A program made the position numbers and the translations under genes. Below are positions 10,337-19,290 of a stretch of DNA of 64,000 nt, piece by piece. Origin of the DNA: Bacteroidota bacterium (GTDB lineage Bacteria > Bacteroidota > Bacteroidia > Bacteroidales > CAIXZF01). Position 1 is the stretch's first letter, and each line of letters opens with the position of its first letter. The DNA is taken from contig JAPLDE010000028.1 in the NCBI GenBank assembly GCA_026391855.1, positions 297 to 64,296 on the forward strand. Direction: 5' to 3'. Below the pieces are notes generated by a model. That model was not told where the DNA came from, did not search any database, and worked only from the letters and a program-made list of their open reading frames with translations.

Positions 10337-10420
10337 GCCCGGATGGCGGAATAGGTAGACGCGTTGGTCTCAAAAACCAATGAGCGAAAGCTCGTGCCGG
10401 TTCGATCCCGGCTCCGGGTA
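10337..10420 (+). tRNA. trnL-CAA: tRNA-Leu (anticodon CAA)
   Basis: Acceptor stem GCCCGGA/TCCGGGT, D-loop GGCGGAATAGGTAGACGC, anticodon arm TTGGT-CTCAAAA-ACCAA, long variable arm, T-loop GGTTCGATCCC. CCA is not encoded. Confidence 0.97.
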
Positions 10421-10424
10421 CCCT

Positions 10425-10471
10425 AACCCCCTCTTAACTATGTTGAAAAACAATCAGTTAGAGGGGTTTTT
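10425..10471 (+). terminator. Probable intrinsic terminator after tRNA-Leu
   Basis: Imperfect stem AACCCCCTCTTAACT / AGTTAGAGGGGTT followed by a T-run. Confidence 0.55.
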
Positions 10472-10844
10472 CATTTATCGGGCTCCTTTCAGGGTCCTCT
10501 AAAATAATTATAAAGTTGACCTAAGGTGCTGATTAAAAATACAATATGTGAATATTTTTCAAAAACTTAATACAAAGCGGATAGTTTTAGTTATTGATTT
10601 TCAGTAAGTTAATAAAATAGCAAGTAATAAGTGAGTATGCATTGAAGTTGGAAACAAAAAAAAATAAGTATGATATTCGCAATGTGATCTATTTTGTTAT
10701 AAATTTAGTGCCTCTTGAAGCTGAAGTTGCCTGCTTTGTGTCACCAATAATGGAATACTGCATTCCTTTAACCTGAACTGCTGCAGCACAGATAGTCTGA
10801 AATTTCAGTTTGAATATGGGTTTATCTAATAAATGGAGGTATTT

Positions 10845-11387
10845 ATGAAAGATGAAACATGCACACATTCCTGGGAAATGATGAATGTTCAGCCTGGTTT
10901 TATCATTACAGAGAACTGTTTTCGTTGCGATATGATTTCTACCTACTTTTCGCTGGAGGAACGGCCTCCACTGGAAGAATACAGAGAAGGTGATCATTTC
11001 TGGAATGTAATGGGAAGTGCGCAATCGATACGTTTCGATCTGAAATGCAGCAAATGTTCATATTTAATGACATTTGAAGAATTATGCGGTCTGATGATGT
11101 GTACCGGATGCGATGAAAAGTGTAAGATCTATAAACTTATGAAGGAATATGAGAAAGAACGAACATGGGTATACGTCGCTTTTGGTTATCTCCCGATTGA
11201 AGGCAGAAAAAAGCTAAGCCCTGAAAAGATTCTTGCTCTTGAACAATATTTCAATCAGCGGCGTAAATCTTCAACGTCAAAAATTAAGATTGTTTCCGAT
11301 GAACTTGTTGACAATATCAGGAATTGTTACGCAGAATTAATCAGGGACATCGATATGATTTCTTTGAAACCACCTGAAAATAAATAG
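10845..11387 (+). CDS. Cys-rich hypothetical protein, putative metal/Fe-S binding
   Basis: First gene of a tightly packed operon, with GGAGGT SD. Ten Cys including CxxC, CxxC and CxxCxxxC. Confidence 0.75.
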   Translation: MKDETCTHSWEMMNVQPGFIITENCFRCDMISTYFSLEERPPLEEYREGDHFWNVMGSAQSIRFDLKCSKCSYLMTFEELCGLMMCTGCDEKCKIYKLMKEYEKERTWVYVAFGYLPIEGRKKLSPEKILALEQYFNQRRKSSTSKIKIVSDELVDNIRNCYAELIRDIDMISLKPPENK

Positions 11388-11422
11388 ATTACAATAATTA
11401 ACCTTAATAGAGGAGAATTGCT

Positions 11423-11752
11423 ATGAAGCTTCAAGAAGTTATTGACAAACTCTCATTAAAAGCACTTACTGATGTGGAAGACAGAAATGTATCCGGAGTA
11501 CATATCTCTGACATGTTATCAGAAGTGATGAGCAGTGCGCAAAGTGAAAATCTGTGGTTAACCATTCAAACCCACAAAAACATTGTCTCGGCAGCTAACC
11601 TGATCGATATATCAGCAGTTATTGTTACTAATGGCAAGATAGTTCCGGAAGATACAATTGAATTGGCAAACCGTTACCATGTTAATATTTTGAGCTATCC
11701 GGAACCGGCTTTCAAACTGGTTAGCAAGTTGATTGAAGCAGGTATTCAATAA
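11423..11752 (+). CDS. Stand-alone DRTGG domain protein (HPr-kinase N-terminal-like)
   Basis: SDMLSEVM, LWLTIQTHKNIVSAA, AVIVTNGK. Confidence 0.85.
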   Translation: MKLQEVIDKLSLKALTDVEDRNVSGVHISDMLSEVMSSAQSENLWLTIQTHKNIVSAANLIDISAVIVTNGKIVPEDTIELANRYHVNILSYPEPAFKLVSKLIEAGIQ

Positions 11753-11767
11753 GAAGGAGCCTGCCCA

Positions 11768-12589
11768 ATGCTGGTTCAAACAACTCATAATATTGATATA
11801 GAGAAGATTGGGAAGTCGTTACAGGCAAATTTTATCGTTGGTCAACGTGATGATGCTCAATATACTTCAGGAATTTATGCTTCCGACCTGATGAGTGATG
11901 TACTTGCTTATGGTAAACCGGGTTCTGTTTTGTTGACCGGACTTAATACTATACAGGCGGTAATTTCTGCCTATATGGCTGAATTCAGGGGAATTATATT
12001 CCTAAGGAGTAAGGTGCCTGATGATGATATGATTGCCTTTGCCCGTGAAAAGGGATTGGTGGTTCTGACAACTGAAGAAGACATGTATGAAGCATGTGTG
12101 GAAATCGCCAATATTGAGTGTGAAGTAGCTGATATTAAAGATATTCATAAACCGGCAAAAAAAGTTGAGAATATTGCCACTTATAATTTTCATATCGATG
12201 GACATGACTTTGCCAGTGCGGGATTAGTATCGACACATATAAAAACGATCCTTAAATCAATCGGATATAATCCTTTGCTTATCAGAAGAGTTGCTATCTC
12301 AACCTACGAAGCTGAAATGAATGTGGTTATGCATGCAAAGAAGGCAGATGTCATGCTTACAACCTCAGAAAAAGAAATTCAGGTACTTATCCGTGATGAA
12401 GGAAAAGGCATTGAAGATATAGAATTAGCGATGAAGGAAGGATACTCCACTGCCACTGATGAACAGCGTGCAATGGGATTCGGAGCCGGAATGGGTTTGC
12501 CGAATATAAAAAGAAATACTGATAATCTGCAAATCGAAAGTCAAGTCGGGAAGGGAACTACTATTAACGCTGTTTTTTATGTGAAATGA
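11768..12589 (+). CDS. DRTGG domain fused to RsbT/RsbW-like anti-sigma Ser/Thr kinase (HATPase_c)
   Basis: N-terminal ASDLMSDVLA...LLTGL. C-terminal YEAEMNVVMHA (N box), DEGKGIEDIELAMKEGYST, GFGAGMGLPNIK, GKGT. Confidence 0.88.
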   Translation: MLVQTTHNIDIEKIGKSLQANFIVGQRDDAQYTSGIYASDLMSDVLAYGKPGSVLLTGLNTIQAVISAYMAEFRGIIFLRSKVPDDDMIAFAREKGLVVLTTEEDMYEACVEIANIECEVADIKDIHKPAKKVENIATYNFHIDGHDFASAGLVSTHIKTILKSIGYNPLLIRRVAISTYEAEMNVVMHAKKADVMLTTSEKEIQVLIRDEGKGIEDIELAMKEGYSTATDEQRAMGFGAGMGLPNIKRNTDNLQIESQVGKGTTINAVFYVK

Positions 12590-13860
12590 AATTTTATCAT
12601 TCACACCTTATATTGCACGAGAAATGTGCCGGGAGGACATTATGTATTAAAGCCTGTCCTACCCAGTCATTGAGATATAGAGACAATAAAATCCTGTTTT
12701 ATGACGACCTCTGTGTGGATTGCGGGGAGTGTATAAATGCCTGCCCGGAGGGTGTTTTTGTTCCTGTCATCGATGAAGTCAGTGATTTTGATAAGTTTAC
12801 GTTTAAAATTGCTGTCCCTTCCCGTGTATTTTATACTCAGTTCAGTGCCGATATACATCCAAAATTGATTCATCAGGCGCTAAAAAATATTGGATTTGAC
12901 GCTGTTGCAAACATCTCACAGGAAAGTCATGAACTTAGTTATGTCATTTCCGAGTATTTGAAGGTAAAAAAAGACGGTAAACCTATTATAGGGTCATTTT
13001 GCCCGGCAGTTATCCGGCTGATACTGGTAAATTATCCCAACCTGGTAGAATTAATCTCACCTTTCGATGTACCACTGGAATTAGCAGCAAAGAAATCGAA
13101 ATTAAGATATTCTAAGGAACTGGGAATCGACATTAAAAAGATAGGCGCCATTTATATCACTCCTTGTCCGGCCAAAGCTGTGTCCATCGCTCAACCGGCA
13201 GAAAAGGAAAAATCCTGGATTGACGGCACAATCTCTATTAAAGATATTTATAATATCATTCTTCCGGAAATACTCAGAATGCATGAAAATAATAAACAGG
13301 AAAGAGTGGAAGATTATTTCTATTACGGGAAAGGATGGGGTATCTTAAGTCATATATTACAGCACCTTGACTCAGAAAGATTTATGACAGTTAAAGGGAT
13401 TGATAATGTTAAGATGATCCTTAATGACATCGAAGACTCAAAATTAAAAAATGTGGACTATATTGAGGCGTTCACCTGTAATCAGGCTTGCATAGGCGGT
13501 GCATTTTGTGTTGAAAATCCCTATATTTCAAGGCATAATTCTATTCTTCTGGAAAAGAGATTTTGTGAACCTGGTGCTTTTAATCAGGATGAAATTATGA
13601 AAAAGCACCAGGAGAATTACTATTTTATGGAACACCATGTTGTTCCAAGAACTACTCGTGCTGCAACATCCAACCTTGCCATTTCCATTAAAAGAATGAA
13701 TCAGAAAGAGAGGATTCTTTCAAAATTACCAAAAAAGGATTGTGGATTATGCGGAGCGCCCACCTGTGAAACCTTCGCTCAGGATTGTGCCTGGGGTGAA
13801 GCTGATCTCACAGATTGTATCTTTTTTAGACAAATTTCTTCATTTAAGGATAATAAATAA
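12586..13860 (+). CDS. [FeFe]-hydrogenase large-subunit-like (Fe_hyd_lg_C) protein with N-terminal ferredoxin and C-terminal FeS domain; non-catalytic/sensory type
   Basis: Ferredoxin motifs CxxxxxCxxxCP and CVDCGEC. H-cluster-like motifs GSFCPAV, TPCPAK and EAFTCNQACIGG. C-terminal CGLCGAPTC...C. Confidence 0.85.
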   Translation: MKFYHSHLILHEKCAGRTLCIKACPTQSLRYRDNKILFYDDLCVDCGECINACPEGVFVPVIDEVSDFDKFTFKIAVPSRVFYTQFSADIHPKLIHQALKNIGFDAVANISQESHELSYVISEYLKVKKDGKPIIGSFCPAVIRLILVNYPNLVELISPFDVPLELAAKKSKLRYSKELGIDIKKIGAIYITPCPAKAVSIAQPAEKEKSWIDGTISIKDIYNIILPEILRMHENNKQERVEDYFYYGKGWGILSHILQHLDSERFMTVKGIDNVKMILNDIEDSKLKNVDYIEAFTCNQACIGGAFCVENPYISRHNSILLEKRFCEPGAFNQDEIMKKHQENYYFMEHHVVPRTTRAATSNLAISIKRMNQKERILSKLPKKDCGLCGAPTCETFAQDCAWGEADLTDCIFFRQISSFKDNK

Positions 13861-14318
13861 TGAAAAAAGCTGAAACATCCTTCTCAGAACTGCTTCAGTC
13901 ATTTCCGCCGGAAGAAGGAAGTATTATTCCCTTGCTTCAAAACGCTCAGGCAAGACTGGGATATATTCCAGAAGAAGCAGTAGAAGTTATTGCAGATTAC
14001 CTAAAACTAACTGAAAGTCAAATATTTGGAGTTGCATCCTTTTATTCTCAATTTCGTTTTACTGAACCTGGAAGACATTCTATTAGTGTATGCCTCGGAA
14101 CAGCCTGTCATGTGAATGGTGGCGCTACATTATTAGAAACCACTGAGAGAGAACTGAATGTCAAACCTGGTGAATGTACGGCCGACAAAAGATTTGACCT
14201 GAACCGTGTTGCCTGCCTGGGCTGTTGTGCCTTAGCCCCTGTTGTAAAAATCGACGGCGAGATTCACAGTAAGGTCAATGTTATCAACCTCAAGGAGATG
14301 TGGAATCACTATGATTAA
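13860..14318 (+). CDS. NuoE/HydC (BfuC)-like [2Fe-2S] subunit
   Basis: GVASFYSQF, VCLGTACH, VACLGCCALAPV. Confidence 0.92.
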   Translation: MKKAETSFSELLQSFPPEEGSIIPLLQNAQARLGYIPEEAVEVIADYLKLTESQIFGVASFYSQFRFTEPGRHSISVCLGTACHVNGGATLLETTERELNVKPGECTADKRFDLNRVACLGCCALAPVVKIDGEIHSKVNVINLKEMWNHYD

Positions 14319-16179
14319 TATTACGACATTACAAAAGAAAAGCCTTATTGAATGGGAGGCGTTAACCCATTCAAACGAACCAGTCATATACCTGGGCATG
14401 GCATCCTGTGGTAAAGCAGCGGGTGCCGAAAAAGTTAAGCAGGTAATTCTGGAGTCCCTCAAGGTTCACAGTATCAATGCAAAACTGATAGAGGTAGGCT
14501 GTGTGGGAACCTGTTACCTGGAACCTATTATGGATATCAGAGCTTTTGGCTGGCCACGTATCTCATATGGCAATGTGGATGAAAAAAGAGCAGAATACAT
14601 CATCCAAAAACACCTGGTCGAACGGAATCTTTCCAAAACCAAACCCCTTGGATATCTGGGCAATGTTCCTTTTGATAATATTCCCCCTTTCTCTGAACAG
14701 CCGATGCTGAAACCTCAGGTTCGTATTGTAACGAGAAACTGTGGGATTATTGATCCGGAAAATATTCATCACTACCTGGCAAATGAAGGTTATTCAGGTA
14801 TTGCGAAAGCACTGAAGATGACCCCGTTAGAAGTCATAGAGGAGATTACTTCTGCAGGACTCAGGGGGCGTGGAGGTGCAGGGTTTCTGACCGGAAGGAA
14901 ATGGCGTACATGCTATGATACCCAATCTGATGTTAAGTATTTGATTTGTAACGCTGATGAAGGTGACCCCGGAGCTTTTATGAACCGCCTTCTGATCGAA
15001 AGCGATCCTCATGCCGTGCTGGAAGGGATGCTGATAGCTGCCTATGCTATTGGTGCTACCCTGGGATATATTTATATCCGTGCCGAATACCCGCTGGCAA
15101 TCAAACGATTGCAAAATGCAATTGAGCAGATGCATAAATATGGACTACTGGGAGATAACATTCTTGGTTCAACGTTTTCCTTCTCATTAAAAATCAAGGA
15201 AGGAGCTGGTGCCTTTGTTTGTGGAGAAGAAACCGCACTGATTCATTCTATAGAAGGAAAAAGAGGAATGCCACGGACCAGACCACCTTTCCCCGCCGTC
15301 TCAGGTTTACATCAGAAGCCTACTGTCATTAATAATGTTGAAACCCTTGGGACTGTGGCTCAAATTATCAGAAACGGAGCTCAATGGTATCGCCAATATG
15401 GGATCGAAGGCAATTATGGGACCAAAACCTTTTCACTGGTAGGCAAGGTGAGAAGGTCGGGATTAATAGAGGTTCCCCTGGGAACACCGCTTCGCAAAAT
15501 TATTTTCGATATTGGCGGTGGTACCGTGAAACCCTTTAAAGCGGTACAAACAGGAGGCCCCTCCGGAGGATGTATCCCGCTGGAACTCCTTGATACTCCG
15601 GTTACTTATGAAACACTTGCCTCTATTGGATCCATTATGGGTTCAGGAGGACTGATTGTAATGGACCAGGACACATGCGTGGTAGATGTGGCAAGATATT
15701 TCCTGGATTTCATCCAGAAAGAATCTTGTGGAAAATGTACTCCATGCAGGGTTGGAACAAGGCATATGGTTGAAATACTTGAGAATATCTGCCATGGTGA
15801 AGCCAGTGCAGATCAGTTGGACAACCTGGAAACCCTGGCAAAACTGGTTCAGTCAACCTCATTATGTCAGCTGGGACAAACCGCTCCAAACCCTGTTCTT
15901 ACCACTTTGCGCTATTTCCGGTCGGAATATGTTCAACACATCAATGAATATTACTGTCCGGCCCTGGTTTGTAGCTCTCTTATCGAATATACGGTAATTA
16001 AGGAGAAATGTACCGGGTGCCAGAGATGCGTGAGTGTTTGTCCTACTGAGGCTATTACAGGTCCAAGGTCTGAGCCTCATAACCTCGATCCTTCAAAATG
16101 TATTAAGTGCCGGTCATGTTATGAAATATGCCGTTTCGACGCCATTGCAGGTAACGCTATTGTCATCACCTCGAAATAG
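14311..16179 (+). CDS. NuoF/HydB (BfuB)-like FMN/NADH-binding subunit with N-terminal thioredoxin-like [2Fe-2S] domain and C-terminal 2x[4Fe-4S]
   Basis: GLRGRGGAGF, NADEGDPG, GAFVCGEETAL, ESCGKCTPCR, SLCQLG, HINEYYCPALVC, two ferredoxin motifs. Start placed at ATG 14311. Confidence 0.93.
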   Translation: MINITTLQKKSLIEWEALTHSNEPVIYLGMASCGKAAGAEKVKQVILESLKVHSINAKLIEVGCVGTCYLEPIMDIRAFGWPRISYGNVDEKRAEYIIQKHLVERNLSKTKPLGYLGNVPFDNIPPFSEQPMLKPQVRIVTRNCGIIDPENIHHYLANEGYSGIAKALKMTPLEVIEEITSAGLRGRGGAGFLTGRKWRTCYDTQSDVKYLICNADEGDPGAFMNRLLIESDPHAVLEGMLIAAYAIGATLGYIYIRAEYPLAIKRLQNAIEQMHKYGLLGDNILGSTFSFSLKIKEGAGAFVCGEETALIHSIEGKRGMPRTRPPFPAVSGLHQKPTVINNVETLGTVAQIIRNGAQWYRQYGIEGNYGTKTFSLVGKVRRSGLIEVPLGTPLRKIIFDIGGGTVKPFKAVQTGGPSGGCIPLELLDTPVTYETLASIGSIMGSGGLIVMDQDTCVVDVARYFLDFIQKESCGKCTPCRVGTRHMVEILENICHGEASADQLDNLETLAKLVQSTSLCQLGQTAPNPVLTTLRYFRSEYVQHINEYYCPALVCSSLIEYTVIKEKCTGCQRCVSVCPTEAITGPRSEPHNLDPSKCIKCRSCYEICRFDAIAGNAIVITSK

Positions 16180-16184
16180 GAAGA

Positions 16185-18509
16185 ATGAACCTTACTATTA
16201 ATAACAGAACCATTCAGATCGAAAAAGCGGTCACGGTTCTAGAAGCCGCAGAAAAGAACGATATCTACATTCCCAAAATGTGTGCACATCCGGAACTAAC
16301 TCCATATGGAGGCTGCCGGTTATGTATTGTGGAAATTGACGGAAGGAGAGGATATCCGACTGCCTGTACTACAATGGCTGAAGAAGGAATGACGGTCAGA
16401 ACAGACACGAAAATCCTTCGCGAGATGCGGGAGAACCTGCTTCAGTTGATTCTCAGCGAACATCCTTCAGCTTGTCTTTTATGTGAAGATATTGATGGGT
16501 GCAAAGAGTTTCAGAGTACCATCAGGAAGGTAGGTATTACCACCGGTTGCCGATGGTGTCCCAAGGACAGGGACTGTGAATTGCAAAAGATAGTAGAAAG
16601 TTTTAACATTCATCAGCTTACACTGCCCGGACTGTACAGGGATTTACCTATTGAAAAGTATGATCCCTTTTTCGACAGGGATTATAATCTTTGTATTTAT
16701 TGTGGCCGTTGTGTGAGGATATGCAGTGAATACCGGAAAAGCTCAGTACTGGCACTAAAACAGAGAGGGAAGCAAACCACGATTGGTCCTGCTTTCACTG
16801 ACAATCATACGGACGCCGGCTGTGAATACTGTGGAGCTTGTGTTTCAGTTTGCCCAACAGGTGCTATGTCAGAAAAAAGCCGAAAGTGGTGGGGTGTTCC
16901 GGAATCCTATGTGCAATCTGTTTGCCCTTTATGTAGCCTGAACTGTGAAATACAGGTTCTTACAGCTAAAAATAAAATTGTCGGCACTTTACCCCCGGGG
17001 TTACCCCATGAGTCTGCCGGGGATTTGTGTGTAAAAGGACGGTTTTGTCTGAGTGAACTTGTGAACCGAACGGAAAGAATACTGGAACCAATATATCTTT
17101 TTCCGGAAGGTAACGGTATTGTTGTATGGGATCAGGCTATTGATAAAGCGGAATTAATATTGAGCAACATTCAGACGGAAAGAACAGCGGTCTTTCTTTC
17201 ACCTGATTTATCGACGGAAGAATATGAGGCTGTCCGGTTATTTTCGGAAAAAGTGCTGAAGACCAGTGAAATCACTTCGTCATGTTTTGATAGCAATCTG
17301 ATTGCATTCTCACGGATGGCCATGAAATCTGCATCCATTGAAACAGTTAAGGATGCCGGGGTGATTCTTTCCTTTTTTCTGAATGGCAATTACAATTATG
17401 GTCCTCTTACCCTGGCCATTAAAACAGCTTCAGATAATGGGGTTCCATACTACCAGACAGGTTGGATCAAAGACACTACTTCCCGCTTCGCCAGGCATAG
17501 GTTTGTTCCTGTTCCGGGGGAAGAAGTATCGATTCTTGATGAAATACTGAAATGTCTTAAAGATGGAAAAACCAACAAACCCGAAATCCTTGAACTCTCA
17601 GATTATCTTATAAAAGCAGGAAAAGGAATAATAGTAGCCGGACCTGAAATGATGTCACTGAGCAATTGTCAGCTGTTACTCGAAAAAATTGAAACCCTGG
17701 CAATTATCACCAAATCTCAGATTTTCATGCCCTTACCTTATGGAAATCTCAAAGGAATGCTTTCTGTTATTCAACTTAAACCTTTTGAAGACGTTCTTAA
17801 TAAAGTTGAAAAAGGTAAATTTGATTTGCTTTATTTTATCGGAGATGCACCTTTCTCATCAAGACCAGAGGTAAAATATATACTTTACCAGAATTCATTC
17901 CCTGCACCTGAAGGACTAAACCCTGATCTTGTCTTACCTGCCGCACTTTGGGGCGAGACCGGAGGTACCTGGGCTGGATCAAATGGTCATTCCCAGCCTG
18001 TTGTAGCTGCAGCTCTTCCTCATAATTATGCCCTCTCACACCAGGAAATATTGATCAAACTGGCAGAAAAAATGCAGAATAAAGAGTTTGTAACTGATGC
18101 TAAAAACCTTATTAGCGGGAGTTTAAAAGCAAAAAAGCCAATGCTTCCGGCTTTAAAAGAGGTTCAGAAAATCACTGTTCCATCGAAACCTGATCCTGAT
18201 TTTCCCTATGTGCTGGTTGAGGAAATATCACCCCATCGTTATCACAACCTGAACCTCAGTAAAGGGATCAGCGGTTTCGGAGAACTGGTCAGAACAGATC
18301 AACTGATGATGAATCCGTCAGATGCGCGAAAACTTAAGATTAAAGACGGGGACTCCGTCGAAGTCGTTAATAAAAAGATAATAAAGACACTTCCTGTCAC
18401 TATCAGGAAAAACATAACTGAAGGATTTATCCATCTGAACACTTCAAACGGAATGAGGGGATTTGATTGCAATCCCTGTTACGTAGATATAAGGAGGGTC
18501 CATGTTTAA
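16185..18509 (+). CDS. NuoG/FdhA-like Fe-S subunit with degenerate molybdopterin-oxidoreductase domain
   Basis: [2Fe-2S] C..GGCRLC..TAC, His-ligated cluster HPSAC, 2x[4Fe-4S], CPLCSLNC...LCVKG, C-terminal Molydop_binding-like domain. No RxC/UH catalytic motif and no H-cluster. Confidence 0.85.
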   Translation: MNLTINNRTIQIEKAVTVLEAAEKNDIYIPKMCAHPELTPYGGCRLCIVEIDGRRGYPTACTTMAEEGMTVRTDTKILREMRENLLQLILSEHPSACLLCEDIDGCKEFQSTIRKVGITTGCRWCPKDRDCELQKIVESFNIHQLTLPGLYRDLPIEKYDPFFDRDYNLCIYCGRCVRICSEYRKSSVLALKQRGKQTTIGPAFTDNHTDAGCEYCGACVSVCPTGAMSEKSRKWWGVPESYVQSVCPLCSLNCEIQVLTAKNKIVGTLPPGLPHESAGDLCVKGRFCLSELVNRTERILEPIYLFPEGNGIVVWDQAIDKAELILSNIQTERTAVFLSPDLSTEEYEAVRLFSEKVLKTSEITSSCFDSNLIAFSRMAMKSASIETVKDAGVILSFFLNGNYNYGPLTLAIKTASDNGVPYYQTGWIKDTTSRFARHRFVPVPGEEVSILDEILKCLKDGKTNKPEILELSDYLIKAGKGIIVAGPEMMSLSNCQLLLEKIETLAIITKSQIFMPLPYGNLKGMLSVIQLKPFEDVLNKVEKGKFDLLYFIGDAPFSSRPEVKYILYQNSFPAPEGLNPDLVLPAALWGETGGTWAGSNGHSQPVVAAALPHNYALSHQEILIKLAEKMQNKEFVTDAKNLISGSLKAKKPMLPALKEVQKITVPSKPDPDFPYVLVEEISPHRYHNLNLSKGISGFGELVRTDQLMMNPSDARKLKIKDGDSVEVVNKKIIKTLPVTIRKNITEGFIHLNTSNGMRGFDCNPCYVDIRRVHV

Positions 18510-19290
18510 AATCGTTGAGCGAAAAATGATCGTCCCAAATTTGCACCTTCTTGTAGTGCATGCACCTGAAGTAGCCAATACGATACGACCAGGGCAGTTT
18601 GTTATACTTCATGCAGGGGAAGGTGCAGAAAGAATACCTCTTACTGCAGCCGATTGGGACAGAGAGGAAGGTACACTAACAGTCATTTTTATGGAAGTGG
18701 GTACTTCCACCGGGAAGCTGGCGATGCTAAAGGCTGGTGACCAGATACCTACAGTTGTTGGTCCGTTAGGTGTACCAATGGAAATGAGGAATTTCGGTAC
18801 GGTAGTATGCATTGGCGGCTGTTTTGGCATGGGTTCCATTTTGCCTGTTGTCAGAGAATTAAAGGAAAATGGGAATAAAGTAATTACCATACTTGAAGGC
18901 AGGAGCAAAAATCTTTTATACTGGGAAGAGAAGTTGTCAAAATACAGCGACAAGGTGATCAGGTTAACCAGAGACGGAAGCACAGGCTACAAGGGTCATG
19001 TTAAGAAGGGCAATGAAATCCTTAAGGAGATGAATATCATTCCCGACCGGATTATCGCTATGGGTTGTACAACCTTATCTTATCTGGCTACAAGGGATTA
19101 CGCTCATTATAATGTACCCATAATCATTACCCTCAACACCATTATGATTGATGGAACCGGTATGTGTGGTGTTTGCCGGTGCACTATCGACGGGCACATG
19201 AAATTTGCCTGTGTTGATGGCCCGACATCATTCCGGATGTGGAGGATTTTAACATGGAAGAAACAAAATCAAGGAAACGTGAGAGGGTAG
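18502..19290 (+). CDS. nfnA: NfnA/SudB (ferredoxin:NADP+ oxidoreductase small subunit); C-terminus disrupted by an apparent deletion at ~19225
   Basis: PGQFVI, ERIPLT, GPLG, DGTGMCGVCRC...CVDGP. The expected EFD continuation is missing, and HHSGCGGF-stop appears in another frame (19226-19252). Confidence 0.85.
   Translation: MFKIVERKMIVPNLHLLVVHAPEVANTIRPGQFVILHAGEGAERIPLTAADWDREEGTLTVIFMEVGTSTGKLAMLKAGDQIPTVVGPLGVPMEMRNFGTVVCIGGCFGMGSILPVVRELKENGNKVITILEGRSKNLLYWEEKLSKYSDKVIRLTRDGSTGYKGHVKKGNEILKEMNIIPDRIIAMGCTTLSYLATRDYAHYNVPIIITLNTIMIDGTGMCGVCRCTIDGHMKFACVDGPTSFRMWRILTWKKQNQGNVRG

Noticed and set aside
10066-10358. ORFs 10066..10263, 10128..10358, 10136..10354 and the 72-aa N-terminal extension of prs
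   Set aside because: They are translations of the stop-poor heptamer array and overlap promoters and the tRNA.
12586-13860. Catalytic H2-evolving [FeFe]-hydrogenase
   Set aside because: The proton-transfer Cys is replaced by Phe and the L2 motif is degenerate.
13860-18509. Respiratory complex I, formate dehydrogenase or active hydrogenase
   Set aside because: No membrane-arm nuo genes, no RxC/UH Mo ligand, and no H-cluster motifs in the alpha subunit.
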